Source: Eledone cirrhosa (lineage: Eukaryota). From it: DNA of 64,000 nt. Shown here piece after piece: positions 27,819-41,650 of this stretch; position 1 is the first letter of the stretch, and each line of letters begins with the position of its first letter. A program made the position numbers and the translations under genes. The stretch spans positions 19,406,001-19,470,000 of the forward strand of contig OZ024745.1 of NCBI GenBank assembly GCA_964016885.1, read 5' to 3'. The notes beneath the pieces were generated by a model. It was not told the origin of the DNA. It worked only from the letters and a program-made list of their open reading frames with translations, and did not search any database.

Positions 27819-30198
27819 AATATGGTAAAAACCCATATGGGAAATAATAAGTATTGGCTTCGTATATTTTAGAAGCAGTGGGAAGTTGTGACATGCATGC
27901 ATTTACCAAAGTGGTGTAAAATGTTAAGTGTCCTTTTAAAGAAAGCCAATGACGTGAGCCGAGAGAGGGGGAAGGGGGAGGGGAGGGGTTATCTGTAGTT
28001 GCCTGTTTTTAACAATTCGAGAAGAAATGTTTTCACAACATATCAAAGCACAATAGAAAAATATTTTTGACTAATCATAATCGTAACAAGAGAAATGAGT
28101 GTCTACCCCCACACTCTTTAATATATATATATATATACATGTGTGTATGTGTGTGTGTATGTGTGTGTGTGTGAGAGAGAGAGGAAGTGTTATATGTATA
28201 TATTAATGGTGGATTGGCAGTATCGGTAGAGGGTCGGACACCATGCTTTCCAGCATAGTTACGTCCCTTTACGATCTGAGTTCAAATCATGCCAAGGTTA
28301 ACTTTGCCTTTCATCCTTACGGGATCGATAAAATAAAGTACCAGTAATGTACTGGGTAATTGCTGGCCTTGTGCCTAAAGTAGAAACAATTAATGACCTT
28401 TAGTATAGGCACAAGGTCAGCAATTTGGGACGAGGGGAAAGTCGATTAATCGACCCCAGTACGTTACTGGTACTTTATTTTATCGACCCCGTAAGGATGA
28501 AAGACAAAGTTAACCTCGGCGGGATTTGAACTCAGACCGTAAAGGGACGTAACTCTGTGCTGTGAAGCATGGCGTCCAACTCTCTACCGATACTGCCAAT
28601 CCACATATATTAATAAAATATGATTCTCTAAAGTTAATATAACACTGTTTATCACTTGCGCAAAGGATATAATAAAACATTGTTTGTATTTCGAATCAAA
28701 CGTTTGTTTGTGTGTGTGGGGGGCGGGGGGATACGTGTGTGTGCATGTGTGTGTGTGCGTGTGTGTGTGAATGTGTGTGTGAGTGTGTTGGACATTTGTC
28801 GGTTCCAACGATGAGTATTGCAGTTGATACAATAAACAGAACAGCCTGCTCGTGAAACTAACGTGCAAGTGGCTGAGCATTCCACAGATACGTGTAATCT
28901 TAACGGGAAATTCAACATGACACAGTATGTGTCAAGGCTAGCCATTACAGGTACAACACAATTTTGTTAACTGATTAGATAATATCGGAACGATCGACTT
29001 TCGTCAAATCGGACCGAGGAAGCAATGTTTCCGTTGGTTTTTCCAATTGCTTATACTATCTATCGATCGCAACTCCAGGTAGAAGGAGCAACGTGAAATA
29101 CAGTATCTTGCTCAAGGACATAACGCATCGCAGGGTACCGGAATCGAAATCACAACCACACGATTGCGAATCCAATTCTCTAACCACTCAGCCACATGCC
29201 TTCACGTGCAACCCACAATAAAGTGTTTTGCTCAAGGATAACGCACTACCAAGGAATCTAACTCACAAACTTACGGCCGTAAGTCAAACACCCGAACTAC
29301 TAAGCGACAATAACATTACAAAACTTTTGAAAAGCTGTTTAAGCGAAACCGGTAAAGTACAAAGTACAAAAACTATTCTTTTGATGTGGATATTCTTTTA
29401 GTTATGTACTTTACACATAGCGTGTATATATAATAAATAAGTACACATTAGTGTCAGTGTATGTATGCATATACACACAGGTATGTATGTGTATACATAG
29501 ACATAAGTGTGTGTATGTATATACATACACACACTTGTGTGTGTATGGGTGTGATGGGAATGTTTTTCTGTCTGAAACCTTGAGGCTTCCAGTTATGTCT
29601 GTCTATTTATATTGACTAATGCCAGAATGGAAAGGTGGGTATAAAATTAAGCAAATTGTGATATACACATACCTTCATATACACACACCCATGTATATAT
29701 ATGTGTGTGTAATTGAGTTGGAGCACGAGTGCATTAGAATTCATAGAATAATTGTTTCTACTTTTGGCACAAGGCCAGCAATTATCACAGTGCATTACTG
29801 GTACTTTATTTTATGAACCCCGTAAGGATGAAAGGCAAAGTTAACCTCAGCGGGATTTGAATTCAGACTGTAAAGGGACGTAACTATGCTAGAAAACATG
29901 GCGTCCAACCCTGTACTGATACCGCCAATTCACCGCCCTTATTCATAGAATAATGAGAAAAGCTCAACACAAGAAAAGCTGTCAAAACAGCAAAATGGCG
30001 TCAAGTAAAATTTACCTCAAAGGACAGAAATAAGTGGCTAGAAGTGAGTTCACCTGCAGAAGTGATAGGAAGAAAGGAGAAAAGGAAGAAAATGAACGAG
30101 ACAAGATCAAACATCATGTCACCTCATTGGCTCTCATATAGTCCAGAAAATATCATATATTTTCACTAGTTCTGACAGTTGGCAGGTAAACACTATAT

Positions 30199-30241
30199 GG
30201 TACTGATGAAGGGTAATAACCCAGAAACATTAGTGTTTGCC
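30199..30241 (+). ncRNA. Minimal hammerhead motif (homolog of 1686-1729)
   Basis: GGTA CTGATGA A GGGT AATA ACCC A GAAAC ATTAGT GTT TGCC; downstream ~85 bp matches the reverse complement of 1600-1685. Confidence 0.7.
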
Positions 30242-31287
30242 GTTCTGTTTATATGCCAACACAAGAGCAAGATTGACGAGGTTATTCTACTCACATGGCT
30301 TAAGAGGCTGTTTGCAAACGAATCCCAATTTTACAAAGTTAGCTTGGCCCAAGTAATTGGAATTGAAAAGTTATACATACAGGTATTAATTTCAAAAATT
30401 CTAACCATCCTAAAACTAAAAAGCCCAGCTGAAGGCACAAATAAATTGCTATGGCCATCGCTAGTGGGGCCTTCTACTGCAGAGGACCCAGAGCAATTTC
30501 CCCCCTCCCCCATTAAATCCAGCCTTGGTCGTAGGGGCATCGTATTGACATACAGCATTTCTTCGGCATTTTAAACTTGGCTGAGTCCATCACCTCTCCA
30601 GGTTTGAACATAGCATATTTCTTCCAGAGAAGGATAGAAAATGAAAGAGAAGAAGAGAGAGAGAGGGATACAGAGGAAGAAGAATTTTTGTTGATTTTAA
30701 GATTCAAGTGAAAAAAGTGCCATTGTTCTCCTTAAAATAGGAAAACATTATTCACCGATGTATTTTTACAAAATCTAAAATCGCTACCTGAATGTCTCAT
30801 TTGTTTTTAAGATATAAACACAGGAAAAGTTGGTGGTGAGGCAATGCCCATGACCTTTGCAGGTCATCCCAGATAAGTGAGATTGATGTGTTTCTGTTCA
30901 GTTTTAACATTTAAGAGTGTTGTCTTTAGAGGAATATGTGGGCGAGGGGGGAATTCGAGTATACAGGGTCCTAGAGAGGAGACACAGTCAGAATGGTGGG
31001 GAGAGAATAGATGGATGGGGCTTCTGAATGGAAAGGGTATGAAGCTAGTTAGTTGAAAAGAGCAGGAGCAGCTATGTAGCAGTTGAAAAAGGAGGAGAAA
31101 CTGTGCCATTGAGCTAGAAGTGTTGTCATCATCATCACCATTTAACGTCCATTTTTCCATGCTAACATGGGTTAGAAGAGATGTTCTGTTGTGAGAAATG
31201 CCAGGTCAGGTGACCATGCCTTGCTCATACAGAACTGCTTTTGACTTGGTTTCTACAGCTGGATGTCTTTCCTAATGCCAACCTCAT

Positions 31288-31528
31288 TTACAGTGTGGAC
31301 TGGGTGGTTTTTGTTGTGACACCTACATGACGACTTTACAGTGTGGGCTGGGAGCATTTTGTCATGATACCTACATGACCACATTTACAGTGTGGACAGG
31401 GTGCTCTTTGTCATGATACCTACAAAACCACTTTATAGTGTGGACTGGGTGCTTTTTGCCATGATACCTACACAACCACTTTACAGTGTGGACTGGGTGC
31501 GTTTTGTCATGATACCTACATGACCACT
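31288..31528. repeat. ~47-bp tandem repeat derived from an RTE/SINE tail
   Basis: TTTACAGTGTGGACTGGGTGC..TTTGTCATGATACCTACA repeated about five times. Confidence 0.75.
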
Positions 31529-31529
31529 T

Positions 31530-31795
31530 CTCCATACACTTGCTGCAGCAATCCCAGTGCTTCTGACGGAGTTTTCAAGTTTGTTCGTTGCTCTGTGCTC
31601 ATTGCTTGACAATCTGAAACAGAGGACATGTATATAAAATTATGAAGAAAAAAGTTTGATCGCTGCAGAGAGCTAAGATTACAGTTACATACTCCAGGGG
31701 GATTACTTTGAAGGAGAAAACTCTTAGTGTGAAGTTTGGGTTTGAAATAAATCTTTTGTGACATCAGTCCTGGAACATTTCTGACACACCTCGTA
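31530..31795 (-). mobile_element. Mariner 5' fragment
   Basis: TA-CGAGGTGTGTCAGAAATGTTCC end; MSTEQRTN..KTPSEALGLLQQVYGE transposase N-terminus. Confidence 0.65.
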
Positions 31796-31924
31796 TATTA
31801 TGATATACAGACAATGAACAACAGATGTATTGTGACACAGAGAGTAAATAAAAACAGATAGCAAAGCTGTATTATTTCAAGAGACCATAGAGGGTAGCTG
31901 GATATTAAAAAGGTGACATCCTCC

Positions 31925-33365
31925 TCATCATCATCATCATCTTCGTTTAACGTCCATCTTCGACGCTAGCATGGGGGAGACGGGAGTTGTTCCACTTGAG
32001 GCATGGTTGGTCGGGTGACTGTGTCTCGCTCATATAGTACTATCTGGCAGGTTTTCTACAGCTGGATGCCCTTCCTAACACCAACCACATTTACAGTGTG
32101 GAACTGGGAACTTTTTACCTTATTACCTACATGGCCACATTACAGCGTGGACTGTGTGTATTTTTTTGTTGTGACACCTACACGATCGCGATCTCATTTA
32201 TTTGGACTGGATGTTGTGGTACCAACTTTACAGAGAGAGGGTGGTGTTAGTGGGAGGATAGGGTGGTGTTAGTGGGAGGATAGGGTAGAGGTAGTGGATT
32301 GGGGTGTATATTTGGTTAAGAGATGCCTACTGACTGTAGGTTTCGCTTTGTACATAGGCAAGGCGGGTCTTCTGTATTACTGCGTAGCGCCAAAGATCTC
32401 GGTCCAGTGACATTGTCTTAGAGAGGTGCAAGTGTGTAAGGTCGGAATTTATCAAATCGTCCCTGGTTTTTCAGGGTCTGCCTACTCCGTAACTACCATC
32501 AATTTTGATGGCCCTGCACTTTTTTATACAGCTGTCGTCTTTCATGCGCATCAAGTGACCATACCAATGTAGTCTTCTCTCAAGTAAACAGCATCTGATC
32601 CTCTTATTCCTAATTTCTCACTTAGTTCATTTATGCTTTGCCGTTCATGTATATTACTATTACACATCCAACGGAGCATGCATGCTTCGTTCCTTTCCAG
32701 TCTGCGCAGGTCCTCTGCACGCAATGCCCATGTCTCACTGCCATGTAGCATTGCTGTTCGTATACAGGCATCATACAGTCTGCCTTTCATTTTCAGAGAG
32801 AAACCTTTTGTGACCAACAGGGTTATAAGCTCTCTGAACTTTTTCTATCCCGTTCTGACTACTGTATTTTCAGAGCACCCTCCACCATTGCTGATTTTGT
32901 TACCCAGGTAACGGAAAGTGTCCACTATTTCTATAGAACTATCTGGGCAAAAGAAGGAGCTAGTATCCTGTGGGCACTTGCTACTTATTGCACCTGAGCA
33001 TCGGCCACATAAAATCTACGTTCTTAGATAGTTTACCTGTGATCCCACTACATCTTTTATGTACCCATAGTTTGCATTTGGGACATAAAATGGAATTTCT
33101 GCCTACTCCTTTCCTACACACTGAGCATGGCCATTTCCCTGAGCGCACCTGTGCCCTATTTTCCTTTCTACAAACTAGAACTTTACTCTTAGACAAGTTA
33201 ATTTTAAGGCCTTTTGATTCTAGGCCATACTTCCATGTTTGGAATTTCTTCTCTAGTTCAGCCATAGATTCAGATCATCTGCATATAGGAGTTCCCATGG
33301 GCAGCCGGTCCTAAACTCCTGTTATAGCCTGAAGGGCAATAATAAATAGGAGGGGTTAAGGACAG
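31925..33365 (-). mobile_element. RTE LINE 3' portion (pseudogenised)
   Basis: Highly similar to the reverse complement of 35930-37315; frameshifts; (GAT)n tail. Confidence 0.9.
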
Positions 33366-33810
33366 AGCTTTGATGACATATATATACACATATATATATA
33401 TACACACATATATATATATATATATACACATATATATATATATATATACACACATATATATATACACATATATATACACACATATATATATACACATATA
33501 TATATATACACATATATATACACACATGTATATATACACATATATATATATATATATATACACACACATACATATATATATATACACATATATATATATA
33601 TATACACACACATACATATATATATATACACATATATATATATATATACACATATATATATATATTATATATATATACACATATATATATATATATACAC
33701 ACATATATATATATACATATATATATATACATATATATATATACATATATATATATACACATATATATATACATATATATATACACACATATATATATAC
33801 ATATATATAT

Positions 33811-33849
<39 letters not shown>

Positions 33850-33885
33850 TATATATATACACATATATATATATATACACATATA

Positions 33886-36800
33886 AATTCACCACATGCT
33901 GCCGGACGAAAAGACAAGGACTCCTCTTTGTTTCGGCTGCGGATGGCCAACATAACCCCAACCCCAGCCCCGCGCCCCACCGTTCCCACCCACCAAACGC
34001 AATCCAAAACTTCAGAGTTGGTACCATGAATGTAGGCACCTTAAAAGGTCGCTCTAACAAGGTTGTAGAAATGCTTGAACGTAAGGAGGTTGATGTTTGC
34101 TGTATCCAAGAGACCAGGTCTGCTAGATTCATTGTGGGTAAAAAACGATGCTATAAGCTTTTCTGGGTGGGTTAGGAATCATGTTAGCAGAAAAATGGGT
34201 AGATAAGATAATAGACGTAAATAGAGTGAACGACAGAATAATTAAAATAAGACTTGTCCTAAATAGAACTACTGTGACAGTAATATCTGCGTACGCACCC
34301 CAATCCGGACTGCCCGGCACTATAAAAGACAGATTCTATGAGACATTGATGCTCACTACTTCCCAAATAACCGACAGTGACTAGATAATTATTGCTGGTG
34401 ACCTAAATGGTCACGTTGGACAACATTGTGACGGCTATGACAGAATCCATGGAGGCTATGGGTTTGGTACTAGAAATGAGGAAGGCTCCAGAATCCTGGA
34501 ATTCTGAGACGCAAATAACCTAACTATCTGTAACACTAACTTCAAAAAATGAGACAATCACTTGATCACCTATAGATCAGGGGAACACGCCAGTCAGATA
34601 GATTATATCCTTACCAGAAGATGTGATAGAGTGTCTGTTGTAAACACTAAATCCCTCCCCCATGAAGAATGCACCTCCCAACATAGACTCATAGTCAGGA
34701 CAAGACGGAGGACTATCCTCAGGAGAAAAATATGGAAGCTAAAGGACCCCACAACCAGTAATAAATTTAAAAGCATATTACTTGATGCTTTCAACAGTAA
34801 GGAAGAGCTATTAGAGTCGTACAATATAGAGGAACAGTGGGAATTCCTGAAAGCTAACCTGCTGAAGGCGGCAGATGAAGTCTGTGGCTGGAGCAGGCCT
34901 ATAGGCAGAAAAGTAATGTGGTGGTGGAACAGTAAGGTGGAGGAGTCAATTAAGGCCAAAAAGCAGGCTTGGAAAGTATGGCGGGATGGGGGAAGTAGAG
35001 AAGACTATGAAGTGGCCAGGAGGGAAGCTAGGAGACAACTGTACTTCGCAAGAAGGGAAGCAGAGGAAAGAAAGTTCAAGCATGTTCTACAACGTGAGGA
35101 CCAAAAACGTGAGGTGTTCAGGATTGCTAGGCAATGTGTCAAGGAAAACCGTGATATTGTCGGGGAGAAGTGTGTCCTTAATGATGATGGTGTACTTGCC
35201 ATCACTGACGCTGATAAGAAGGTAGCTTGGAAGTGTCACTATGAAAGGCTACTAAATGAGGAGAAAGACAGTCTCCCCCACATCGATCCAATAGAGGAAC
35301 CAGCAGTGCTAGTTGAAGGTAGTATAATAAGTAAGGCAATCAAAGATATGAAGACGGGTAAGGCGGCTGGGCCTTCGGAAATAGTTGCTGAAATGCTGAA
35401 AGCATCTGGAATGGTGGGACACACGATGGTCACCAGGATAGTAAATCAAGTCATACAGAATGGGGCCGTTCCGAAGGACTGGCGTAGCAGCATCATCATT
35501 AACTGCTACAAGGGTAATGGAGATGCTCTTGATAGGGGTAACTATAGAGGCATTAAATTAATCGACCAGGTCATGAAGGTCACAGAAAAAGTAATAGCGC
35601 AACTAATCAGAGAACGAATTGATCTAGATGAAATGCAGTTCGGGTTTGTGTCAGGTAAAAGTACCACAGACGCTCTTTTCATTGTACGACAACTACAGGA
35701 GAAGTACCTAGCTAAAAGTAAACCCCTATACTTAGCTTTTGTTGACCTGGAGAAAGCCTTTGACAGAGTCCCTCGCTCCATTATCTGGTAGGCACTTAGA
35801 AAACTAGGTGTTGATGAATGGCTTGTGAGAGCTATACAAGCCATGTATAAAGAAACAGTCAGCAAGGTTAGAATTAACAACGAATATAGTGAAGAATTTA
35901 GCGTAAAAGTTGGTGTTCATCAGGGCTCCGTTCTTAGCCCCCTACTATTTATTATTGCCCTTCAGGCTATAACAGAGGAGTTCAAGACCGGCTGCCCATG
36001 GGAACTCCTATATGCAGATGATCTAACGCTCATAGCTGAATCAATGGCTGAACTAGAGAAGAAATTCCAAACATGGAAGCATGGCCTAGAATCAAAAGGC
36101 CTTAAAGTTAACTTGTCCAAGACTAAAGTTCTAGTTTGTAGAAAGGAAAATAGGGCACCGGTCCCATCTGGGAAATGGCCATGCTCAGTGTGTAGGAAAG
36201 GAGTAGGCAGAAACTCCATTTTATGTCCCAAATGCAAAGTATGGGTGCATAAAAGATGTAGTGGGATCACAGGTAAGCTAACTAAGAACATAGATTTTAT
36301 ATGTGGCCAGTGCTCAGGTGCAATAAGTAGCAGCAAGTGCCCACAAAATACTAGCTCATTCCATTGCACAGATGGTTCTATAGAAATAGTGGACAGCTTC
36401 CGTTACCTGGGTGACAAAATCAGCAGTGGGGGAGGGTGCTCTGAAAGTACAGTAGCTAGAGTCAGAACTGGATGGAAAAAGTTCAGAGAGCTTATACCAC
36501 TATTAGCCACTAAAGGGTTCTTCCTAAAAATGAAAGGCAGGCTGTATGATGCATGCATATGAACAGCAATGTTGCATGGCAGTGAGACCTGGCATTGTGT
36601 GCAGAGGAACGAAGCTTGCATGCTCCGCTGGATGTGTAATAGTAATATACGTGAACGGCAAGGCATAAACGAACTAAGGGAAAAATTAGAAATAAGAGGG
36701 ATCAGATGTTGTTTACTCAAGAGAAGACTACGTTGGTATGGTCACATGATGCGCATGAAAGACGACAGCTGTATAAAAAAGTGCAGGGCAATAAAAATAG

Positions 36801-37315
36801 ACAGTAGCCACGGAGTAGGCAGACCCAGAAAAACCTGGGACGACTTGATAAATTCCGACCTCACACACTTACACCTCTCCAAGACAATGTCACTGGACCA
36901 AGATCTTTGGCGCTACACAGTAATAGAGAAGACCCGCCTTACCTAAGTACAAAGTGAAACCTACTACAGTCAGTAGGCACCTCTAACAAAATACACCCCC
37001 GTCCCACTACCCCCACCCCTTTCAATGTAAAGTTATGTTGGTACCACAACATCCAGCCTGAAACAAATGAGGTCGTGTAGGTGTCACAACAAAAAAAAAA
37101 AACACACAGTCCACGCTGTAATGTGGCCGTGTAGGTCACACGGTAAAAACCTCCCAGTTCCACACTGTAAATGTGGTTGGTGTTAGGAAGGGCATCCAGC
37201 CGTAGAAAACCCGCCAGACAGTCTTATACGAGCAAGACAACCACTCTTGCCTCAAGTGGGAAAACTCCCGTCCAAACCCATGCAAGCGTGGAATATGGAC
37301 GTTAAACGATGATGA
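33886..37315 (+). mobile_element. Near full-length RTE LINE (APE endonuclease + RT), disrupted
   Basis: TMNVGTL..CCIQETR, IIAGDLNGHVG, SQIDYIL; FVDLEKAFDRV, GVHQGSVLSPLLF, YADD; RRLRWYGH, GRPRKTW; in-frame stops (e.g. 35789, 36560); GATGAT tail. Confidence 0.95.
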
Positions 37316-37370
37316 TACACACATATATATATATATACACATACACACACATATATATACACACATATGT

Positions 37371-37712
37371 GGAGGCACATGGCTTAGTGGTTAGAGCATT
37401 GGCCTTGCAATCGAAAGGTTGTGAGTTCAATTCTCAGAATTAAATGTGATGTGTTGTTTCCTTGAGCAAGACACTTTATTTCACATTGCTCCAGTTTACT
37501 CAGCTGTAGAAATGAGATGATAGGAACTGGGGTCCTTATCATTCCACTGCAAAAGTGGTCGTGGAGGTGCCACGGCAAAAAAAAGCACCCAGCACTCACT
37601 GTAAATGAGGTTGGTGTTAGGAAGGGCATCCAGCTGTAGAAATCAAGCCAGAATCAGTTCCCGTCCCACCCTTGCAAGCAGGGAAAAGGGGACGTAAAAT
37701 GATGATGATGAT
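37371..37712 (+). mobile_element. tRNA-derived SINE, family A, full length
   Basis: TGGCTTAGTGGTTAGAGC A-box, GTTCAATTC B-box, (ATG)n tail. Confidence 0.9.
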
Positions 37713-38380
37713 GATATATATATATACTTCAACTTGAGAGTATGTGCTGTGTGAATAGATCTGTAATGTTAGTAAACTGTAATAGTGGAAGAGAAGAAGA
37801 GAGAAAATCAAAGGAGGAAGTTATAAAATCAAATATCAGAGTTTTGTTTCACAAATACTCTCAGGTCCCAAATAATAGGAGGAGGGATAAGTAGGGGGTT
37901 AGACATTTGTTTAAATTCTTGTAAGTGGGTGGATCAGGAAATTGGTAATTGTAAAGTGTTTGTTTGTAAATATGGGATTTCTTGTGATGTTCTTTTGTCA
38001 TATATAATTTATTTTTATGTAAAATAAAATCATTAGATTCTCCAGCTGTTGTATCAATATGAATCACTTACAATAAGATTTTGCTGGAGATATATTCCAA
38101 CCTTATTAAATTTGGCTAATCTAAGCGAGGGCTTGGAAAAAAATCTGAAAAATTAATAAGTGGGAGGAGGGGCAATTATTGAAGACCTGAAAGTATATCA
38201 CAGGATTGGGTCAAGATCTGGTAATCCTCCTCCTTATCTAACATCTGCTTTTATATGTTAGCATGGGTTGGATTCTGTAGAGCAAAACAACATAGTTGGT
38301 TATAATCTGATAAGAAGGATGTTATAGCTTGTTAATTATAAGAAATACATAAGAAAGATTTAAAGATTTCTAATCAATAT

Positions 38381-38386
38381 TTTATT
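38381..38386 (-). terminator. Candidate polyadenylation signal of the PPP1R3 transcript
   Basis: AATAAA on minus at the end of a ~2.3-kb repeat-poor AT-rich stretch after the stop; other AATAAA sites exist. Confidence 0.3.
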
Positions 38387-38915
38387 GTAAAAAAATATAC
38401 ATCACTATAAACATATCACACACGTGGAGAGGAATAAAATATAGCCAACAGCATGGGTTTAGAAAGTTGCCTCTCCCGAAGTGCCAATGTTCCTTCAACA
38501 TTATTTGGTTACAACAGGCATTGGCTTGTAGTGGACAATAGCAATGCTATAATATGGCTAACATTGTGACTATTAAGATGATGAGAATATTTCAGTGAGA
38601 CAAGATTTTAATAAGAAAGATAATTAAATTTTATTTATATCAAGCAATGTTGTGTAAAATCCATCACAATGTCAGTAAAACCTGATCACTTCATCTTTAT
38701 TTAAAATAAACTTTTATTTGTGTTTTATATATATATTTTATATATACATTATATTTTATATACATATATTTTATATACATATTATATTATATATATATAT
38801 ATAATGTATACATATATGTATGTACATATATGGATGGCCATAATACACATTCATTCAACCACTTTTATTGTTCACAGATGCTGCTTATATCGAATTGTGC
38901 AAAGAGAAACAAATT

Positions 38916-38951
<36 letters not shown>

Positions 38952-39682
38952 TGTACAAATTTGTAAGTCCGTGTTGAAAAAGAAATGGTTTGTTGGATAA
39001 ATCAATCCAATCATATGAAAGATACGTGGTAGAATTTATAAAGAAAATCTGGACAGGATAGTATGTTAATTTATGTCACCAGTAGATAGTTTTACCAAAC
39101 TCATATCTCCTGTAACATACAGTGCAATTTCATTTCAGCAGGTGGATGGATATAAAATGTAGATTAGCATATATTAAATATCCTAGCTAAAATCTAATTG
39201 TCTATATTTTAAAAAAATGTACATCATTATTTTCTTTCCAAATACTTCATGCTATAAGGAAATAAAATATATTTCAGTATTCTATGTTGAGAATATGCAA
39301 GACAAACACAGGAGTGACTGGAAAACTTGATAAATGTTATAACAATAATAGTGATAGTAGCAATGGACATCAAGAAAAATATTTTTAAAAATTTTTTTCT
39401 CTAAATCTTCAAACAGCTGCCTGGTAATGAAGAATGTTAGTTTTCATGATGTCTGCTACTGATTTTAGAATTAATGCTATAAGTGGGCTGAGAAAATTGA
39501 TAGGAAGGCAACAAGGAGTTTAGGAATTAATGAAATTTCTTTTTTTTTAAATTATCCAAAAATTAAAAATTCCTCTAAAATATTAGCGTGTTTGGAAACT
39601 GTGATATATGTGTGTCAGTGGCTTGCTCCTGTAAAGGTTTTGCCAGCCACCTATTTGGTTGCAAGCATCTCGGATGTTTTAA

Positions 39683-39729
<47 letters not shown>

Positions 39730-40708
39730 TAGATACATTGAGAGAGAATTATACCAAGATATTACATTATGTAACCCTAACTTTCAGTTTAAAAAAAAAG
39801 AAAAAGGCTTTTTTTTCTTTGGTTATCCGTATTATTTTAGAAACCAGGAACCATATGGTGTTTGATAAATCTAAAGACACTGGAACAACATACCAACAAA
39901 TATAATGTTGGTATTCTCTCTTAGATGGGTAGTTTGGTCAATAAGTGAGATAGCTTAGTCTGATTGATTAATTACACTTATTATTCAGTAATGCACTGGG
40001 TAATTGCTGGCCTTGTGCCAAAAGTAGAAACAATTATTAAGCTAGAGAAATTGATCTAATCAATCACGCAAGCGACTTTAGATAAGGCTTCATATCCAAC
40101 CTTGGTAGATTTACTGTCAGCTTTTGTGAAATACTTATTAAAAATGTAGCAGTTATTATTTAAGAAGGAAACTCGGATGCAACTCAAATGAAACCTTGAC
40201 GAAATATCAATTATATAAACTACCATAGATTAATATATTTGTTTTGTTTTTTGAAGGAAGTTGAAAGGAAAATGAAAATAAATTGTATTGTGGAAAGAAT
40301 GCATCTGATTTTGTTGTTTGGTACATGGGAGCCATATAGTTCCATAACAACAACAAATGAATTAAGAGTAATAGCCATCTAGCCATATCTAAGACCACAC
40401 AATAAATATTATATAGCTCCATCACTGGTTGGTTGGATCTACAGTGTTTTAAACTCTGACAAATCTCACCTGTTTTTTTTTTTTTGTTTAAAAAAAAAAA
40501 AAAGAGAATCAAAACAATTGCTGTTTAATATTGAACTCATCAATGTATTTGTCATCCAATCATCTGCATTCTCACTTTACAATGAATAGAGTAGATTCTG
40601 TGAGTAAATGAGAACGTTGGAACACCATATTCCACCAAGTATGATGGATAGTATGGTGAGTGTATTGAGAGGGATGTTAGTGAAACCTACAACAATATTT
40701 TACATGTT

Positions 40709-41650
40709 TCACCAATAGGGGACAGAACTGTCCAAATTATTCCAACAAGCAAATGATGTATCAAGGTCAGAAGACTTAGTATAGTCAATGCTTGGAGGGT
40801 TTTCCTTTACATATGATGAGACAATGAGGTAGTCATTGCCATAATTATTGTCCCAGAATTCTTTGTTAGCAGTCCTGTAAGCAACAGCAAAGAAGATCTT
40901 CTTTTTGATATCAAAGTCTGTTGGTACGTTCATTTCAAACGTGAAAGTATCGAAACGACTACAACCATTTGTGTTTAAGTAGAAAGCTGGTACTTCTCCA
41001 CAAGAGTTCCAAGAATCGAAAGTACATTTAACGTATACATGTTTCTCAAATGCAACGTTTTTCACTTTTATTGTACCAGTAACTAGATAGTCTTTGAGAA
41101 TTACATTCTCCAGAGAAACAAAGTTCTTTTCAACACGGTCTCTGAAAGTGAGATAGTCAGCTGCAGGTTGTGTAAAACACAATGTTAAAGGAGGTATGCT
41201 TGTAACTGAAGCTGAAGATCCTTTTGTAAGGTTGGAAAGTATCTCAGGACGAACCAGTGGAGGAACGTCCGAAGGTTCAGTCATTACACGAACAGTGGCC
41301 AAAGCAAAGCCAAAACAGTCTGCAAATGATACTCTTTTCTTTTGTTTTCCTGGTGACAGAGGCCGGCTAGGAGAGTGACTTACTGGGCTGGTTGGTTCTG
41401 AACCTGATGGCGGGGTGTCAGGGATGATAATTGGCTCCAGATCATTTGAAGCCTTCCGGCTAATACATTGTTCTATGTAAAGGGGTGCATGGGCACAAAA
41501 GCTTCGTTCAGCACTTGAACGGGGTTCACAGAAAATGCTGCTGTTAAGGAATTCCAGTCCCGTTCCAGGTGGACTGGAAGAAAGTATGTATGTACCGTAA
41601 TCAACTTGCATTCCCGTATTTGGCAGAAAGTGCACATCAGTTCCAAGCAT
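40709..41650 (-). CDS. PPP1R3: Protein phosphatase 1 regulatory subunit 3 (glycogen-targeting, PPP1R3B/C-like, CBM21 domain)
   Basis: KKRVSFAD (RVxF), GTIKVKNVAFEKHV (glycogen binding), WDNNYGNDY; splice acceptor TTTTTTCAG 4 nt upstream of the ATG at 41650; ~313 aa. Confidence 0.93.
   Translation of the reverse strand: MLGTDVHFLPNTGMQVDYGTYILSSSPPGTGLEFLNSSIFCEPRSSAERSFCAHAPLYIEQCISRKASNDLEPIIIPDTPPSGSEPTSPVSHSPSRPLSPGKQKKRVSFADCFGFALATVRVMTEPSDVPPLVRPEILSNLTKGSSASVTSIPPLTLCFTQPAADYLTFRDRVEKNFVSLENVILKDYLVTGTIKVKNVAFEKHVYVKCTFDSWNSCGEVPAFYLNTNGCSRFDTFTFEMNVPTDFDIKKKIFFAVAYRTANKEFWDNNYGNDYLIVSSYVKENPPSIDYTKSSDLDTSFACWNNLDSSVPYW

Noticed and set aside
37371-37445. tRNA gene
   Set aside because: A and B boxes are present but continue into a SINE body; no complete cloverleaf.
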